From a virus (lineage: Duplodnaviria > Heunggongvirae > Uroviricota > Caudoviricetes): a DNA stretch of 64,000 nt. The position numbers and the translations under genes are program-made. The stretch lies in the IMG/VR virus record IMGVR_UViG_3300031992_000010; one strand, written 5' to 3'. Under the pieces are notes generated by a model. That model was not told the origin of the DNA, did no database searches, and worked only from the letters and a program-made list of their open reading frames with translations. Of the stretch, positions 27,141 through 37,440 are shown in pieces; the first letter of the stretch is position 1; every line of letters starts with the position of its first letter.

Positions 27141-28787
27141 ATGTCCTGCGCAATAAAAAGAATAATAACATTGAATACCGCCTTTGTTTATGGGCCGATT
27201 TCGATATTTAATGAATTGAATATTGATATATCCAAAAACTGTTTTTATTCTTGGTCCGGTGATGGTGTTTGTTGGACGAATTGGGTAAATTACAATGACT
27301 ACCATCGGCTATGCTCCAATATTGGGACCGATATGTTTTGGCGTGTTATGATCGCCGATTCGTTGAAGGCCGTCGTGGTGGATGGAAAACCAACAACGTG
27401 TTATACGGTCACACTCGACGATACCAATCCATTTTTGCAGGAATTTTGCGGTGTTGAAACACTATTCAATCCTTATGCCAACCTCGACTGTGCATTGTTG
27501 ATGTATCAACAAATGTCGGATTCGATTATTTGTATGTTCGGTATTCCTATATATTACTTCAAGGTGGATCCAAATGCGGAAACCGCCGACTACACATTTA
27601 AGGAATACCTATTACATAACGTCACATCCGTAAAACAAATAAAACTAATGATTCCGGACGGTCAAATGCCAAGTTCGAAACCGGTGTTTATGGACGATGA
27701 CTTTAATTGGGAGGTTGATTGGGAGGTCGAGATAGGCAAGACCCAATTTGCGAGGGCATTTGGCGATAATGCCTTCCCAAACCAACGTGACATTATTTAT
27801 ATACCATTAATGAAACGTTTGTGGGAGGTTAACTCCGCCTGGGATGAGAAACAGGAGGGGTTTATGTGGCAATCGATGACGTGGAACCTTGCATTGATAA
27901 AATATAACGACAAGCCGAACGTGGATGAAGGCGAATTTTCAAATATAATTCAATCATTTATAGATAATTCCATGTTTGAAACATTCGGCAAACTTGAGGA
28001 CCTCGAACAGGAACGTAAATCAGGTACCACGCAGGCCACCGATTTAGGCCACGTACCTAACTCTTTATATAATATATCCATGCAGGATGCCATTCGTAAG
28101 GAGTTTACGAAATCGTTGGCAATCAAGGAAAACCAATACCATCAAAAAAGTGTAATAGCAAGTCACCATAAATATCAATTTATGGACGGTGATATGGTTA
28201 TATACCAACGCAAGGCCTGTACCGATTGCGGTGCCGTGTCAATATTGATGAACGATTCCATCGCCGTGGAACCAAACCTGACCTTGTTTGAAATGGGCAA
28301 TGTTAAGGTCGAATACCATTATGACGAGGAAAAACAATGTGGGGTAATAAAATTCGGCAACCTATCGCATCCACTATATTATGAATATAAATACCACGAC
28401 CAAAAACAATATGTATCGGATTTTGCCATATTAATACGTTGGAACAAGGCCAACTTCACAATCGACCTGAACGTTTATCCTTATGTACATCGATTGGACG
28501 TTCCGGAGGATAAATTAAAACCTCATATGTGGTATTTTGATTTCGATAACCCGGTTTGTACCTTGACCGGAACCTACGATACCGAATATGCGACCATATC
28601 GCCGGTTGAGATGGTATTGCGTGGATGTTATGGTATGTCGGTATCCGGATTGAAGGTTTTCAATCAGGCCATTGATTTGAAGGAACTTCAATGTGAGGCG
28701 ATTAAATACACCACAAATAATGCAAAATGTATGGTAAATGATTGTATCAAGCCGTGGGCTGATATTCTTGGATTCAGTTCAAAATAA
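27141..28787 (+). CDS. neck protein gp14-like with C-terminal extension
   Basis: FPNQRDIIYIPLMKRLWEV resembles the gp14 P.EGDLIY.P...LFEI motif. Confidence 0.6.
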   Translation: MSCAIKRIITLNTAFVYGPISIFNELNIDISKNCFYSWSGDGVCWTNWVNYNDYHRLCSNIGTDMFWRVMIADSLKAVVVDGKPTTCYTVTLDDTNPFLQEFCGVETLFNPYANLDCALLMYQQMSDSIICMFGIPIYYFKVDPNAETADYTFKEYLLHNVTSVKQIKLMIPDGQMPSSKPVFMDDDFNWEVDWEVEIGKTQFARAFGDNAFPNQRDIIYIPLMKRLWEVNSAWDEKQEGFMWQSMTWNLALIKYNDKPNVDEGEFSNIIQSFIDNSMFETFGKLEDLEQERKSGTTQATDLGHVPNSLYNISMQDAIRKEFTKSLAIKENQYHQKSVIASHHKYQFMDGDMVIYQRKACTDCGAVSILMNDSIAVEPNLTLFEMGNVKVEYHYDEEKQCGVIKFGNLSHPLYYEYKYHDQKQYVSDFAILIRWNKANFTIDLNVYPYVHRLDVPEDKLKPHMWYFDFDNPVCTLTGTYDTEYATISPVEMVLRGCYGMSVSGLKVFNQAIDLKELQCEAIKYTTNNAKCMVNDCIKPWADILGFSSK

Positions 28788-28894
28788 AAACCGCGCAAAT
28801 TTTTCATTTTAACGCGGTTTTAAAAGGTTTTTATTCAAAAATGATATAAATGTTCGTCTTCACGAAAAAAATTGTTTATATCGCATAAAAATCA

Positions 28895-29194
28895 TTAATT
28901 TATTTTCACATCGAATGGAGCAATATTAAGATTTCCGGTTATTGATCCCGAACCTGCAGGCGTACTGATAATTAATTGATCGGATGTGGGGTTGACATTG
29001 TGTTTGATTGATATGGACTGTGCCTTAATCATTTTTTCAATCTCATTGGTAATGACTTCGTCAAGCGCGCTTGCAAACGCGTTGGCAAACCTATCGGCAT
29101 CATCACCCGGTTTTGATGGTAATGTGGCCTTGTATGCCTTAACGAGGGCATTATGCAATGCCGTTTTTGTTTGTGGCTTTTGATTTGCCAACAT
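28895..29194 (-). CDS. hypothetical protein
   Basis: Last gene of minus-strand run. Confidence 0.55.
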   Translation of the reverse strand: MLANQKPQTKTALHNALVKAYKATLPSKPGDDADRFANAFASALDEVITNEIEKMIKAQSISIKHNVNPTSDQLIISTPAGSGSITGNLNIAPFDVKIN

Positions 29195-29206
29195 AATTTA
29201 TATATT

Positions 29207-29464
29207 TTATTTTTTAATTCTAACCCAAATTACATTGCCTTGACTGAAGAAATTTCCCGGCTTTAAGTTCAAAAGAATTCTTAACAAATTGTCCTGTTCA
29301 CTTTCCTGATACGTTTCAATGGCCTTTTCCTTCGAGTAGTAGCGGACCATTTTTGAATCCGTATTTATTATAATAAACTCCGAGTCGGACGTTTGATTGT
29401 CCATTGGCTGCACCGTGAAAGTTTTCAAGGCCTCATTCAATATTGTCTCATTAATATGCCTCAT
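29207..29464 (-). CDS. small protein with leader MRHINETILNE
   Basis: Shares leader type with the two neighbours. Confidence 0.65.
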   Translation of the reverse strand: MRHINETILNEALKTFTVQPMDNQTSDSEFIIINTDSKMVRYYSKEKAIETYQESEQDNLLRILLNLKPGNFFSQGNVIWVRIKK

Positions 29465-29474
29465 AATTATAAAA

Positions 29475-29759
29475 TTATTTTATTCTTACATAATATCTAT
29501 CCACATCCGAATTGGGAAGTATATCGGTTTCATTAATAATATCGCCAATATTGGATTTTTCGAATGCCTTTTTTACATCCTCAATATCATCAGTTAATGG
29601 ATTGAGATAATCGGCTATTTCATCCACCTTATTAAATGTCAATATTTCACCTTGGTTTACCCGCGGGAATATTGCGGCGAAGGTATATTTTTTATTACCT
29701 ATGCTAAAGTCGATCGTAGACAAAGATTCTTGTAGTATTGATTCGTTTATATGTTTCAT
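29475..29759 (-). CDS. small protein with leader MKHINESILQE
   Basis: Probable paralog of 29207..29464. Confidence 0.65.
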   Translation of the reverse strand: MKHINESILQESLSTIDFSIGNKKYTFAAIFPRVNQGEILTFNKVDEIADYLNPLTDDIEDVKKAFEKSNIGDIINETDILPNSDVDRYYVRIK

Positions 29760-29768
29760 ATTTCCAAA

Positions 29769-29981
29769 TTATTTTACCAAAAAATACTTATTAAAAAATT
29801 CCCTTTCTATTTTATAACCATCAACAATAATGAGGTTATCATTGGTCACTTCGGTAACCACATATGTTTTACCTTTACGGAACAAATTTCCCATATTCGG
29901 GTGGGAAAATGTTTTTATGCAAATTACCTCCTTGCCGATTAGGTCACGATTTTGTTTTAAGGTTTCATATAGGTGTTTCAT
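29769..29981 (-). CDS. small protein with leader MKHLYETL
   Basis: SH3-like beta content, F.KGK.Y.V. Confidence 0.6.
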   Translation of the reverse strand: MKHLYETLKQNRDLIGKEVICIKTFSHPNMGNLFRKGKTYVVTEVTNDNLIIVDGYKIEREFFNKYFLVK

Positions 29982-29994
29982 ACATTACAATTTT

Positions 29995-30366
29995 TTACAT
30001 CATAAATTCCGAAGGCGGTCTACGATTGGTACATCCACGCACCTCACATTTCATCCGGTCCAATTGTTCACAACGTACCTTTTCATCCATTAATTGGATT
30101 CTTAACTGTGCCTTTTCATCACGATGTTTGTTGAATAAATCCTCCAACTCATCCCGCTTACATTGTAGTTCCGCATACTTTTGTTCCCAATACAGTACCC
30201 GTTCCTTTTCCTCCTCATATAATTTTTTCCATTCTTCGCCTTCAAATGCCTCATTTTCAAGTACGGCCCTCCGCTTGTTTTGTTTATACATTAATATCGT
30301 GGACCCAAAGAATGCGGTCAGGGCCGTTACGATATAAGGTAATATCGATGTGATTATCTCCAACAC
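29995..30366 (-). CDS. membrane-anchored coiled-coil protein (holin-like, tentative)
   Basis: N-terminal TM helix, coiled coil, C-terminal CxxxxC. Confidence 0.5.
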   Translation of the reverse strand: MLEIITSILPYIVTALTAFFGSTILMYKQNKRRAVLENEAFEGEEWKKLYEEEKERVLYWEQKYAELQCKRDELEDLFNKHRDEKAQLRIQLMDEKVRCEQLDRMKCEVRGCTNRRPPSEFMM

Positions 30367-30412
30367 TTTTCCGTCTTTTTTATATTAAAATAAAAAAATC
30401 CGGGGGTTGTTG

Positions 30413-30982
30413 TTAATCAAATTCACATATTGCCAAAAAGTATGCGTCGGCGATATCATCCACCTTCACATTCAACGGGTTCCGGAATCCGGTGCAACGT
30501 TGGAAGGCATCAATGATGACATCCTTATCGGCGCCGCCGTTGCCCACCGCGGCCTTTTTTAATTGCATCGGCGATATAATATTGAAGGAAATATTATTTT
30601 CCAACAAAATATATCGCACCTGATAATTCAATCCCGCAAGACCAACCACGTCACCACTTGCCCCAAAGGCAACACCCTCAATTTGTACACATACATCATC
30701 CGCCTTATGGATTTTGTATATGGTAAAAAGAATGTCCTTAATGATTGTGGTTATTTCGTGGATATTATGTGTCTTGCACTGTTCCTTTTGAATATAGGTG
30801 GCATCCTCCGCGGGCGACCACTTATCATAACAGTGGTATGTGATATAATCACATTGTTCCTGTTTCCGGGTCAGTTTGCCGGTAATTATGTGATAATTGA
30901 TTTTATTACCCACAATAACGGTTACCCCCGTGGAATTAATTGACAGGTCCAATCCGACGCGTATGTTTTTGTTTTTTCCCAT
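30413..30982 (-). CDS. RuvC-like Holliday junction resolvase
   Basis: GLDLSINSTG, IEG, DDIADAY acidic tetrad. Confidence 0.8.
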   Translation of the reverse strand: MGKNKNIRVGLDLSINSTGVTVIVGNKINYHIITGKLTRKQEQCDYITYHCYDKWSPAEDATYIQKEQCKTHNIHEITTIIKDILFTIYKIHKADDVCVQIEGVAFGASGDVVGLAGLNYQVRYILLENNISFNIISPMQLKKAAVGNGGADKDVIIDAFQRCTGFRNPLNVKVDDIADAYFLAICEFD

Positions 30983-31010
30983 AATTATATATAAAAATCC
31001 GACAAATCAT

Positions 31011-31039
31011 TAAATTTTTAAGGAAATCCTAATATATTA
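31011..31039 (+). promoter_or_regulatory. bipartite motif
   Basis: TAAATTTTT-AAGGAAATCCTA-ATATATTA. Confidence 0.7.
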
Positions 31040-31099
31040 ATATGTAAAATTATTGTTAAACATTAAAAATATTGGAAAATGAAAAAATAGGAGGTTAAT

Positions 31100-31291
31100 A
31101 TGGAAACAGGGGAATTAAACCGATATTTGGTAAGAAACCGAAACGGTTGGGAATTGGAATCGTTTAATGAATTGGCGGATGCACTCGATTGTATCGATAA
31201 CTACGAAAGAATGGATATATATGAGGAGGCCTATGAACCGGGATTCTATGAAATTTATGATAATGAAAAAGGTAAGATTATTTGGCCATAA
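31100..31291 (+). CDS. small hypothetical protein
   Basis: Own promoter motif, GGAGG site and terminator. Confidence 0.65.
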   Translation: METGELNRYLVRNRNGWELESFNELADALDCIDNYERMDIYEEAYEPGFYEIYDNEKGKIIWP

Positions 31292-31293
31292 AT

Positions 31294-31323
31294 AAAAAAA
31301 GGAACCGTTTAGGTTCCTTTTTT
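31294..31323. terminator. bidirectional terminator
   Basis: A7-GGAACC-GTTTA-GGTTCC-T6. Confidence 0.75.
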
Positions 31324-31325
31324 GT

Positions 31326-33680
31326 TTATACAAAGTACCAAACATCAAACCAATAATGTCGGCCCGCTTTGGGTGTAACAAATATAATCCAATCCGATGT
31401 GGTTGACAAATATATCCAACCGTGTTTTTTCCAATCGCCATCATCATTTGGATACCACGCGGCCGGTACCTGGTTATTTCCATCACTGTATATAATTGGT
31501 GATGATCCCCAACCATTACCATCATTCGACATTAATCCACCAATAACCCACAAATCGCTAACGGCACCGGTTGTAATGGGTCTTTTATATACACCATTTA
31601 ATTTACTTAATTTACTAATATCAATCATATAATTGGTCTTGTCATTAATATAGGTTTTGATTTTTCCATATAAATGGGCAAATCTCCCATATTGTTGATA
31701 ATATATTTGAAATTCATCCCAGGTCGCGGCATTTACTCCGGTTCGCCATCCAAACGAACCATCGGTTGTCCAATTCATTAAATTGAGATTCCCGAGTTGA
31801 ATTTCCGATCCTGTGTGATATCTCAATACATATCCAAAAATATTTCCATACACCTCACTACCATATGATGACGCAAATTTAATACCCGTATAATTATATG
31901 TGGCATCCTTAATTTCCACCAATCCGTTATTTGAGATTAACGAAATTTTCCCTGTTCCATCGCCGGATAATGATAATTTCGCACCATTTGCTTCAGCGGA
32001 TATACCGGTTGATTCAAGTATATTAACATTTTTGCCATTTATATTTATTGTGGTTTTACCCGATTTACCAATATTAATTTCATTATCAAAATTTATATCC
32101 GTATTAATATTTATTGCTTTAATTTTTGCTCCAAGTGAAGTATAATTATTTGAATCCAGCGATATTTTAAATACGGTAATTGAATTTAAGTCCACCGAAA
32201 AATCACCTTTTGATTGTAATCCCCCAATTACCGTGGTCCCGGTACCATCAATCTTAATGCCATTTGTTATTAATGGGTTAATGTTAACATTACCGGTAAT
32301 TGAACCATATGCCAATACAATACTATTTCCGATCATTAATTCGGTTCCTGGTGTATGAAACATAATATGATTTACCGACTCATTCTCATTATTTCTAAAA
32401 ATTATATGGGAATTTCCATTTCCCATTTTAAAATCCTTTGTTCCACCATCGTTGTTTATCCACATATAACCACACTCCTCATTATTTTGTTTGAAATTAA
32501 TGGTTTGGTAGTTATGGATATTAAGTGTGGTTACACCATCATTAATGCCAATACCGATATCATTCTTTTTTGCATACCCAAAATTGGCCTCCGTACAGGT
32601 TGATTGGTCCGTTGTTCTCCATAATGCGTGGATATTGGTTACGGTTTCATTACCAACCCCATCCGCAGGAATATATAATCCGGCCGGAATTGTTTCCCGA
32701 ATGGATGCCTCCATTGCAGGTCGAATTTCATCCATCATGGTGTCGAGGGTTTTTGCCTCTATTGATGCACCCTGATAATATAAATGAACGTATGGAGGAT
32801 TGGCGGCTTTATCAAATCGCTGTATTGTTGTTATTTCAATACCGATTGGTGTTGTGTTTTCATCAACCCCATTCTCATCCGGGATTATATACACAATACT
32901 TGTCATACCCTCCTGCAATTCATCCATATATATTGGATTCAATGATTGCCACCCACCACCGGAATAAATGGCAACCGCATTCCATATATTACCCGAATAA
33001 AACGCCTTAAACATAGGGATATAAAAATGGGCATCCGCACCTTTTAATCCTTTTACGATGATATTGGTCAACTGACCATTAATCTTCCATACATAATCAC
33101 CCATGGCGGTACTCCACGCTATTGTTGGGAATTGTTCCGCCTTGACATATGTATATGTTTTATTTTCGGCATCCCATTCGAATGATACAAAACAGGTCAT
33201 ATCCTCAAATCCTTCGGTCGTATCGGTAATATCCCCGACACGTTCGTCCTGAAATATATATAATTGTGCAGGTGCCAATAACGTTTCCTCCACATTGTCG
33301 AGATAAAACATTAAAATTTTATCATTGGCCGTAAAATAATCGACCGCGGATTTGGAACCTATTGGTTTGTATTTATTGATACCGGCAAGAATCGTTTTTA
33401 ATGATTCAAAACTGCCATCCCATTCATCCAAATTGGCATCCTCGAATATTACCTTAACGATTTTTTTACCTTCGTCCGTAAATTGGTTTCCATCCAAAAT
33501 CGCAACCTCCTTTATTTTGGTATTCTCACCTTGTTGACCACGATAGATAGGGGCGGAAACAATTTTTTTGAAGTTATCGTTTATTAATGCAAACGCCTCG
33601 TTAAGGGAGTCGGAGAACCGTTCGTCGGTTAAATCCGGAGCCACTATTTCATTTATTATCTTTAATGGATTATCACTCAT
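31326..33680 (-). CDS. tail fibre / receptor-binding protein candidate
   Basis: N-terminal F..INDNF anchor, short collagen-like G-X-X, Gly/Asn/Ile beta-rich C-terminal half. Confidence 0.55.
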   Translation of the reverse strand: MSDNPLKIINEIVAPDLTDERFSDSLNEAFALINDNFKKIVSAPIYRGQQGENTKIKEVAILDGNQFTDEGKKIVKVIFEDANLDEWDGSFESLKTILAGINKYKPIGSKSAVDYFTANDKILMFYLDNVEETLLAPAQLYIFQDERVGDITDTTEGFEDMTCFVSFEWDAENKTYTYVKAEQFPTIAWSTAMGDYVWKINGQLTNIIVKGLKGADAHFYIPMFKAFYSGNIWNAVAIYSGGGWQSLNPIYMDELQEGMTSIVYIIPDENGVDENTTPIGIEITTIQRFDKAANPPYVHLYYQGASIEAKTLDTMMDEIRPAMEASIRETIPAGLYIPADGVGNETVTNIHALWRTTDQSTCTEANFGYAKKNDIGIGINDGVTTLNIHNYQTINFKQNNEECGYMWINNDGGTKDFKMGNGNSHIIFRNNENESVNHIMFHTPGTELMIGNSIVLAYGSITGNVNINPLITNGIKIDGTGTTVIGGLQSKGDFSVDLNSITVFKISLDSNNYTSLGAKIKAININTDINFDNEINIGKSGKTTININGKNVNILESTGISAEANGAKLSLSGDGTGKISLISNNGLVEIKDATYNYTGIKFASSYGSEVYGNIFGYVLRYHTGSEIQLGNLNLMNWTTDGSFGWRTGVNAATWDEFQIYYQQYGRFAHLYGKIKTYINDKTNYMIDISKLSKLNGVYKRPITTGAVSDLWVIGGLMSNDGNGWGSSPIIYSDGNNQVPAAWYPNDDGDWKKHGWIYLSTTSDWIIFVTPKAGRHYWFDVWYFV

Positions 33681-33690
33681 CGTTATATTG

Positions 33691-36153
33691 TTATTTTAAC
33701 GTATATGTTATGGTGTAGTTGTTAACTATTTTTATTTTATTGCCGGTCTTTTCCGGGATGCTTTCCAAAGTAATTTTTTTATTATATAATTTTATAATAT
33801 ATTGCCTTACAAAATTCTTCAAATTATCATCAGGATTATCCTCACCATACATTTGAATACAAAAATCCTCCAACAATATATCCTCATTATTTATGTCATC
33901 ATCCTGTTCGGTTATGGTAATTGAAGGTTTTAATTTCCTTAACATTGAGGCCTCATACCATTGATATTCAGGCACATAATCATATGTTTCGTTTGTTGAA
34001 CGTTTTTTATCCGCCATTTTTGCATCATAATCATAATAATTTATATGGCCGTCCTCCTTATTCAACGAATCGTACCCGATACTTGGATATGTGGGCTTAT
34101 ATTTCGATGGGAGATTGTCAATAAATACACGTCCCAATTCCTCTCCATAATAGTCCGTATATTGTTTTACCCAATAACGAAAGTTGTAATATGTTTTATC
34201 CGCACCATCCTCCGGCCGTGTAGGAATAAACATAGGGTAAAGGTTTCCACCATAACGATATAATTGAACACAAAAGTCGTTTCGTTTTATATATTCAAAC
34301 TCGGTAACATCAACCGTTGGCCCCCCAATCGTTTTATAATTTAATGATTTATTAATCGTAACCTTTGTTGGCCGCACCACCGATTTGGATAATGCAACCA
34401 TTAATTTTCCAATCTTATCCTCATCGGTTTCAGGGCTACCGGTTGGGAAAAGTTCATCGGCGTGTGATATAAAATAGTTTAGGGATAATCGTTCGGATGT
34501 TTTACCTACATTTATAATGATGTATTTATCCTTATATGTTTTAATAACACAACTATCCTCCCTATATTTACATAAAATATTAACCATATATATTTCAACA
34601 TCACCACCAAGTTTTTCAATGGATCCGGTAAATTCCCTTGAATCGGATACATCATATTTAATTAAATTTTGCCAAAAAACCTTTGTATCCTTATTAATTA
34701 TAAATTTACTATAATATGGCTCCACATATTGGGCAAACCATACATCATCCGGTATTACCTCCTGTTCATTATTTGAATTTGTCAAAAATGAAACCAATTG
34801 ATCATTTGTATTACAATCATAAAAATTTACCCAATCATTGGCAAACATGCCCGGTGACGAGGACGTTGTCGACATTATTGGCGTGGCATCAAACATACCG
34901 TCATTATTTCCGACCAGTTCACCTGATTTATATACATCATAATTCAATCCCTTATAAAAGTTGAATATTTGATCCGGATTGTCATACAAACGCCAATAAC
35001 AGGTTTGTTGATTTATCTTGTTTTCGTGGATGACATCAATACATTCGTAATCACGGAGATAATCCAACGCATTGGTATTATAGTCCCCGTGCGGCGTTGC
35101 CATGGAGGTGCGGTATTTACCCCCAATAACATTATCAATATCAATACGTTTCTTTCCAATAAAATCGAAATTGGTAAGGAAATCATATAACTTAATATTG
35201 GAGCATTTCATCCTAACATCAAAATCCGGCGCATTCGACATAAATACACTATAAATCATCGGTGTATTTATAAGTGTTTTCCGTGCGGATTCATCCAATA
35301 TTAGATCATCAACGTCAAAAAAGAAACGAAAATTAAACAACTGCTTACAAATGATATGGTTATCCGAAAATAACTTCATTATCATATTCATTTGCTCCAA
35401 CATTGGGCGCTCCCTATATTGCAGGTCGGCAATAATATTATTTACACCTTTCGTTACCACATCGCCACTTTCACAATCGATACCGCTTATGGTCGCCGTG
35501 CGTTCGGATAGGTTTATGTTTATGAGGTCTGTATTAAGATTTATGGCCTCGATATATTCCTTTATGTAATTATATATTTTTGTATTATGCCCCTCGCCTA
35601 TCCTTAACACCATTTTAATACCATCATTATTAGGCGAAAGAAGATCCTCCGTCGAGCCGTGTGTATATTTTACCTCCGGTGAACCGGGAATGGTTGCCGT
35701 ATCCGGGCGCGTCATACAAAAAACGAAACGTAGGCCATTTTCGGTGAAATCCTTGATGGAGTCCATCCAAAAGGGACAAAAGAATGAGAATTGTTTCCCA
35801 TAAAGACCCACGTTCTCCCTACGGGCACCCATTTCATATTGTTGTTCCATGGTTGCCGTTTGAGGTGATTTGGTTACATCATCCACGTGGATGGGGTAAT
35901 CCGTTTTAAGTATTGGCGTGGTCTTTTTAAGGAAAAATTCACCCGCGATTTTTTTATATAGTTTTAATATATTATCCCGGTGCGGGTAATTAAGGGTATT
36001 TTCACTTACAAAATTATTATAAATAATATTCCGCGATATGGGGGCAATGTGGAGGTCCTTTACAACCAATTCACCGTTACGATATCCAAGTATGAAACGC
36101 CACTCAAGTTGTCCGCCGAGAACCACGTTGGTTTTTGCAAGTTGAAGTATCAT
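33691..36153 (-). CDS. large putative baseplate/tail protein
   Basis: Start moved to MILQLAKT; structural context. Confidence 0.65.
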   Translation of the reverse strand: MILQLAKTNVVLGGQLEWRFILGYRNGELVVKDLHIAPISRNIIYNNFVSENTLNYPHRDNILKLYKKIAGEFFLKKTTPILKTDYPIHVDDVTKSPQTATMEQQYEMGARRENVGLYGKQFSFFCPFWMDSIKDFTENGLRFVFCMTRPDTATIPGSPEVKYTHGSTEDLLSPNNDGIKMVLRIGEGHNTKIYNYIKEYIEAINLNTDLININLSERTATISGIDCESGDVVTKGVNNIIADLQYRERPMLEQMNMIMKLFSDNHIICKQLFNFRFFFDVDDLILDESARKTLINTPMIYSVFMSNAPDFDVRMKCSNIKLYDFLTNFDFIGKKRIDIDNVIGGKYRTSMATPHGDYNTNALDYLRDYECIDVIHENKINQQTCYWRLYDNPDQIFNFYKGLNYDVYKSGELVGNNDGMFDATPIMSTTSSSPGMFANDWVNFYDCNTNDQLVSFLTNSNNEQEVIPDDVWFAQYVEPYYSKFIINKDTKVFWQNLIKYDVSDSREFTGSIEKLGGDVEIYMVNILCKYREDSCVIKTYKDKYIIINVGKTSERLSLNYFISHADELFPTGSPETDEDKIGKLMVALSKSVVRPTKVTINKSLNYKTIGGPTVDVTEFEYIKRNDFCVQLYRYGGNLYPMFIPTRPEDGADKTYYNFRYWVKQYTDYYGEELGRVFIDNLPSKYKPTYPSIGYDSLNKEDGHINYYDYDAKMADKKRSTNETYDYVPEYQWYEASMLRKLKPSITITEQDDDINNEDILLEDFCIQMYGEDNPDDNLKNFVRQYIIKLYNKKITLESIPEKTGNKIKIVNNYTITYTLK

Positions 36154-36239
36154 CCAATTATTTTTTAATATATAATAACAAATCCGGCCGAAATTAAAAA
36201 GAATATTAAGGGATGTTATTATTTCAAAAAAGGTTTTTT

Positions 36240-36635
36240 GTGGAGCATATATATGAATATTTAATAGGCGGGAGGAAAATGGGACGGAAAAAATCCGCTG
36301 AAACATTCGGTGAGATTGAAAAGGGTTCCGCCATATATGTTTATACCTTCGATGGTAGTTGGGGTAATTTGAACAAATCCGAAGGTGTAATTACCAAAAT
36401 AAATTTATTACATAACGCCGCCAAACAATTTGAGTCCGAATTATCGGATGGGATAATTGATTCACCCACACCGAAAAAGTTCGATTTCTCAATGTATGAA
36501 ACGATGTTTAATAAAGATATTTATGTAATGAGTCAATATCAACGATGGTATAAATATATAGTTGTATCATTATGTAAATTGAATGTGGATAATGCCATTG
36601 AAAATAAAAGAAAATACGGGGGTATTTCCCAATAG
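36240..36635 (+). CDS. YLIGG-leader protein (small beta-barrel family)
   Basis: GTG start, (M)EHIYEYLIGGRK, TFGEIEKGSAIYVY domain shared with the 58-59.9 kb array. Confidence 0.7.
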   Translation: MEHIYEYLIGGRKMGRKKSAETFGEIEKGSAIYVYTFDGSWGNLNKSEGVITKINLLHNAAKQFESELSDGIIDSPTPKKFDFSMYETMFNKDIYVMSQYQRWYKYIVVSLCKLNVDNAIENKRKYGGISQ

Positions 36636-36638
36636 AAT

Positions 36639-36667
36639 TAAATTTTTATAAAAAACCTAATATATTA
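36639..36667 (+). promoter_or_regulatory. bipartite motif
   Basis: TAAATTTTT-ATAAAAAACCTA-ATATATTA. Confidence 0.6.
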
Positions 36668-36686
36668 ATAAAAAAAAACAATTGGA

Positions 36687-37430
36687 ATGAGACATTTAAC
36701 GGAGTCAATAAAAGGCAATTGGAAACCAACACTTTCCCAACCTATAAATCCAAAGGGATTATATTTATTTTGGCGGGCAAAAATCGATACTGATAATGGT
36801 ATTGAATGGGAAAGCGGCTATGCGAAGGATTATATAGTGGTTAATGGGTGGACACAAAAATACCTGCCTTCGATTACGTTACTTAAAACAAAACTTACCA
36901 ACGAGTTCCAAAAGAATCATTATACGGAAATAAATAACCTCGTTATTCAATCACATCCAAACTTTAACAATATCGATATTCAATTTATCCCGGTATTTGG
37001 ATATGAAATACACAACAATAAAGGTTATGAGGTTACATACAATAAATGTTTTGGTACCAAAAAAGGTGCGGTCAATTTGATCGGATTCGATTGGTCCGGG
37101 TATAAAAAATTGGAGGCAAAAGGATTCGAGGACGAGGCGGAGGATGCCGAACGTAAGCGTGAGGAGAAATACCAACGTGAAATGGAGGAAAAGACCAAAA
37201 ATGAACGTGAGCGTAAGGAAATGGAGGAACGCCGGGAACTTGAAAAGTCCTACACCGACGCCGGTTGTATGAACGGATGGAGTGATACCTACCCGGATGA
37301 AAAAACGAAGGAACTTGTCCGCAAGGCACAAAATGGGAATGCATATTTTGTCCGTAGTTTAGGCCGCGGATATAATGAATATGTTTCCGATAAGTATAAG
37401 GTTATTTGGAGAGTTGATTCAACGGATTAA
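36687..37430 (+). CDS. hypothetical protein, leader MRHLTESI
   Basis: 247 aa ORF with charged coiled coil. Confidence 0.7.
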   Translation: MRHLTESIKGNWKPTLSQPINPKGLYLFWRAKIDTDNGIEWESGYAKDYIVVNGWTQKYLPSITLLKTKLTNEFQKNHYTEINNLVIQSHPNFNNIDIQFIPVFGYEIHNNKGYEVTYNKCFGTKKGAVNLIGFDWSGYKKLEAKGFEDEAEDAERKREEKYQREMEEKTKNERERKEMEERRELEKSYTDAGCMNGWSDTYPDEKTKELVRKAQNGNAYFVRSLGRGYNEYVSDKYKVIWRVDSTD

Positions 37431-37440
37431 TTAATATATT

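Noticed and set aside
36154-36306. N-terminal extensions given by the ORF track (also 61083-61385, 38737-38847, 49653-49781)
   Set aside because: They overlap opposite-strand genes, promoter motifs or upstream genes; downstream ATGs have the typical start context
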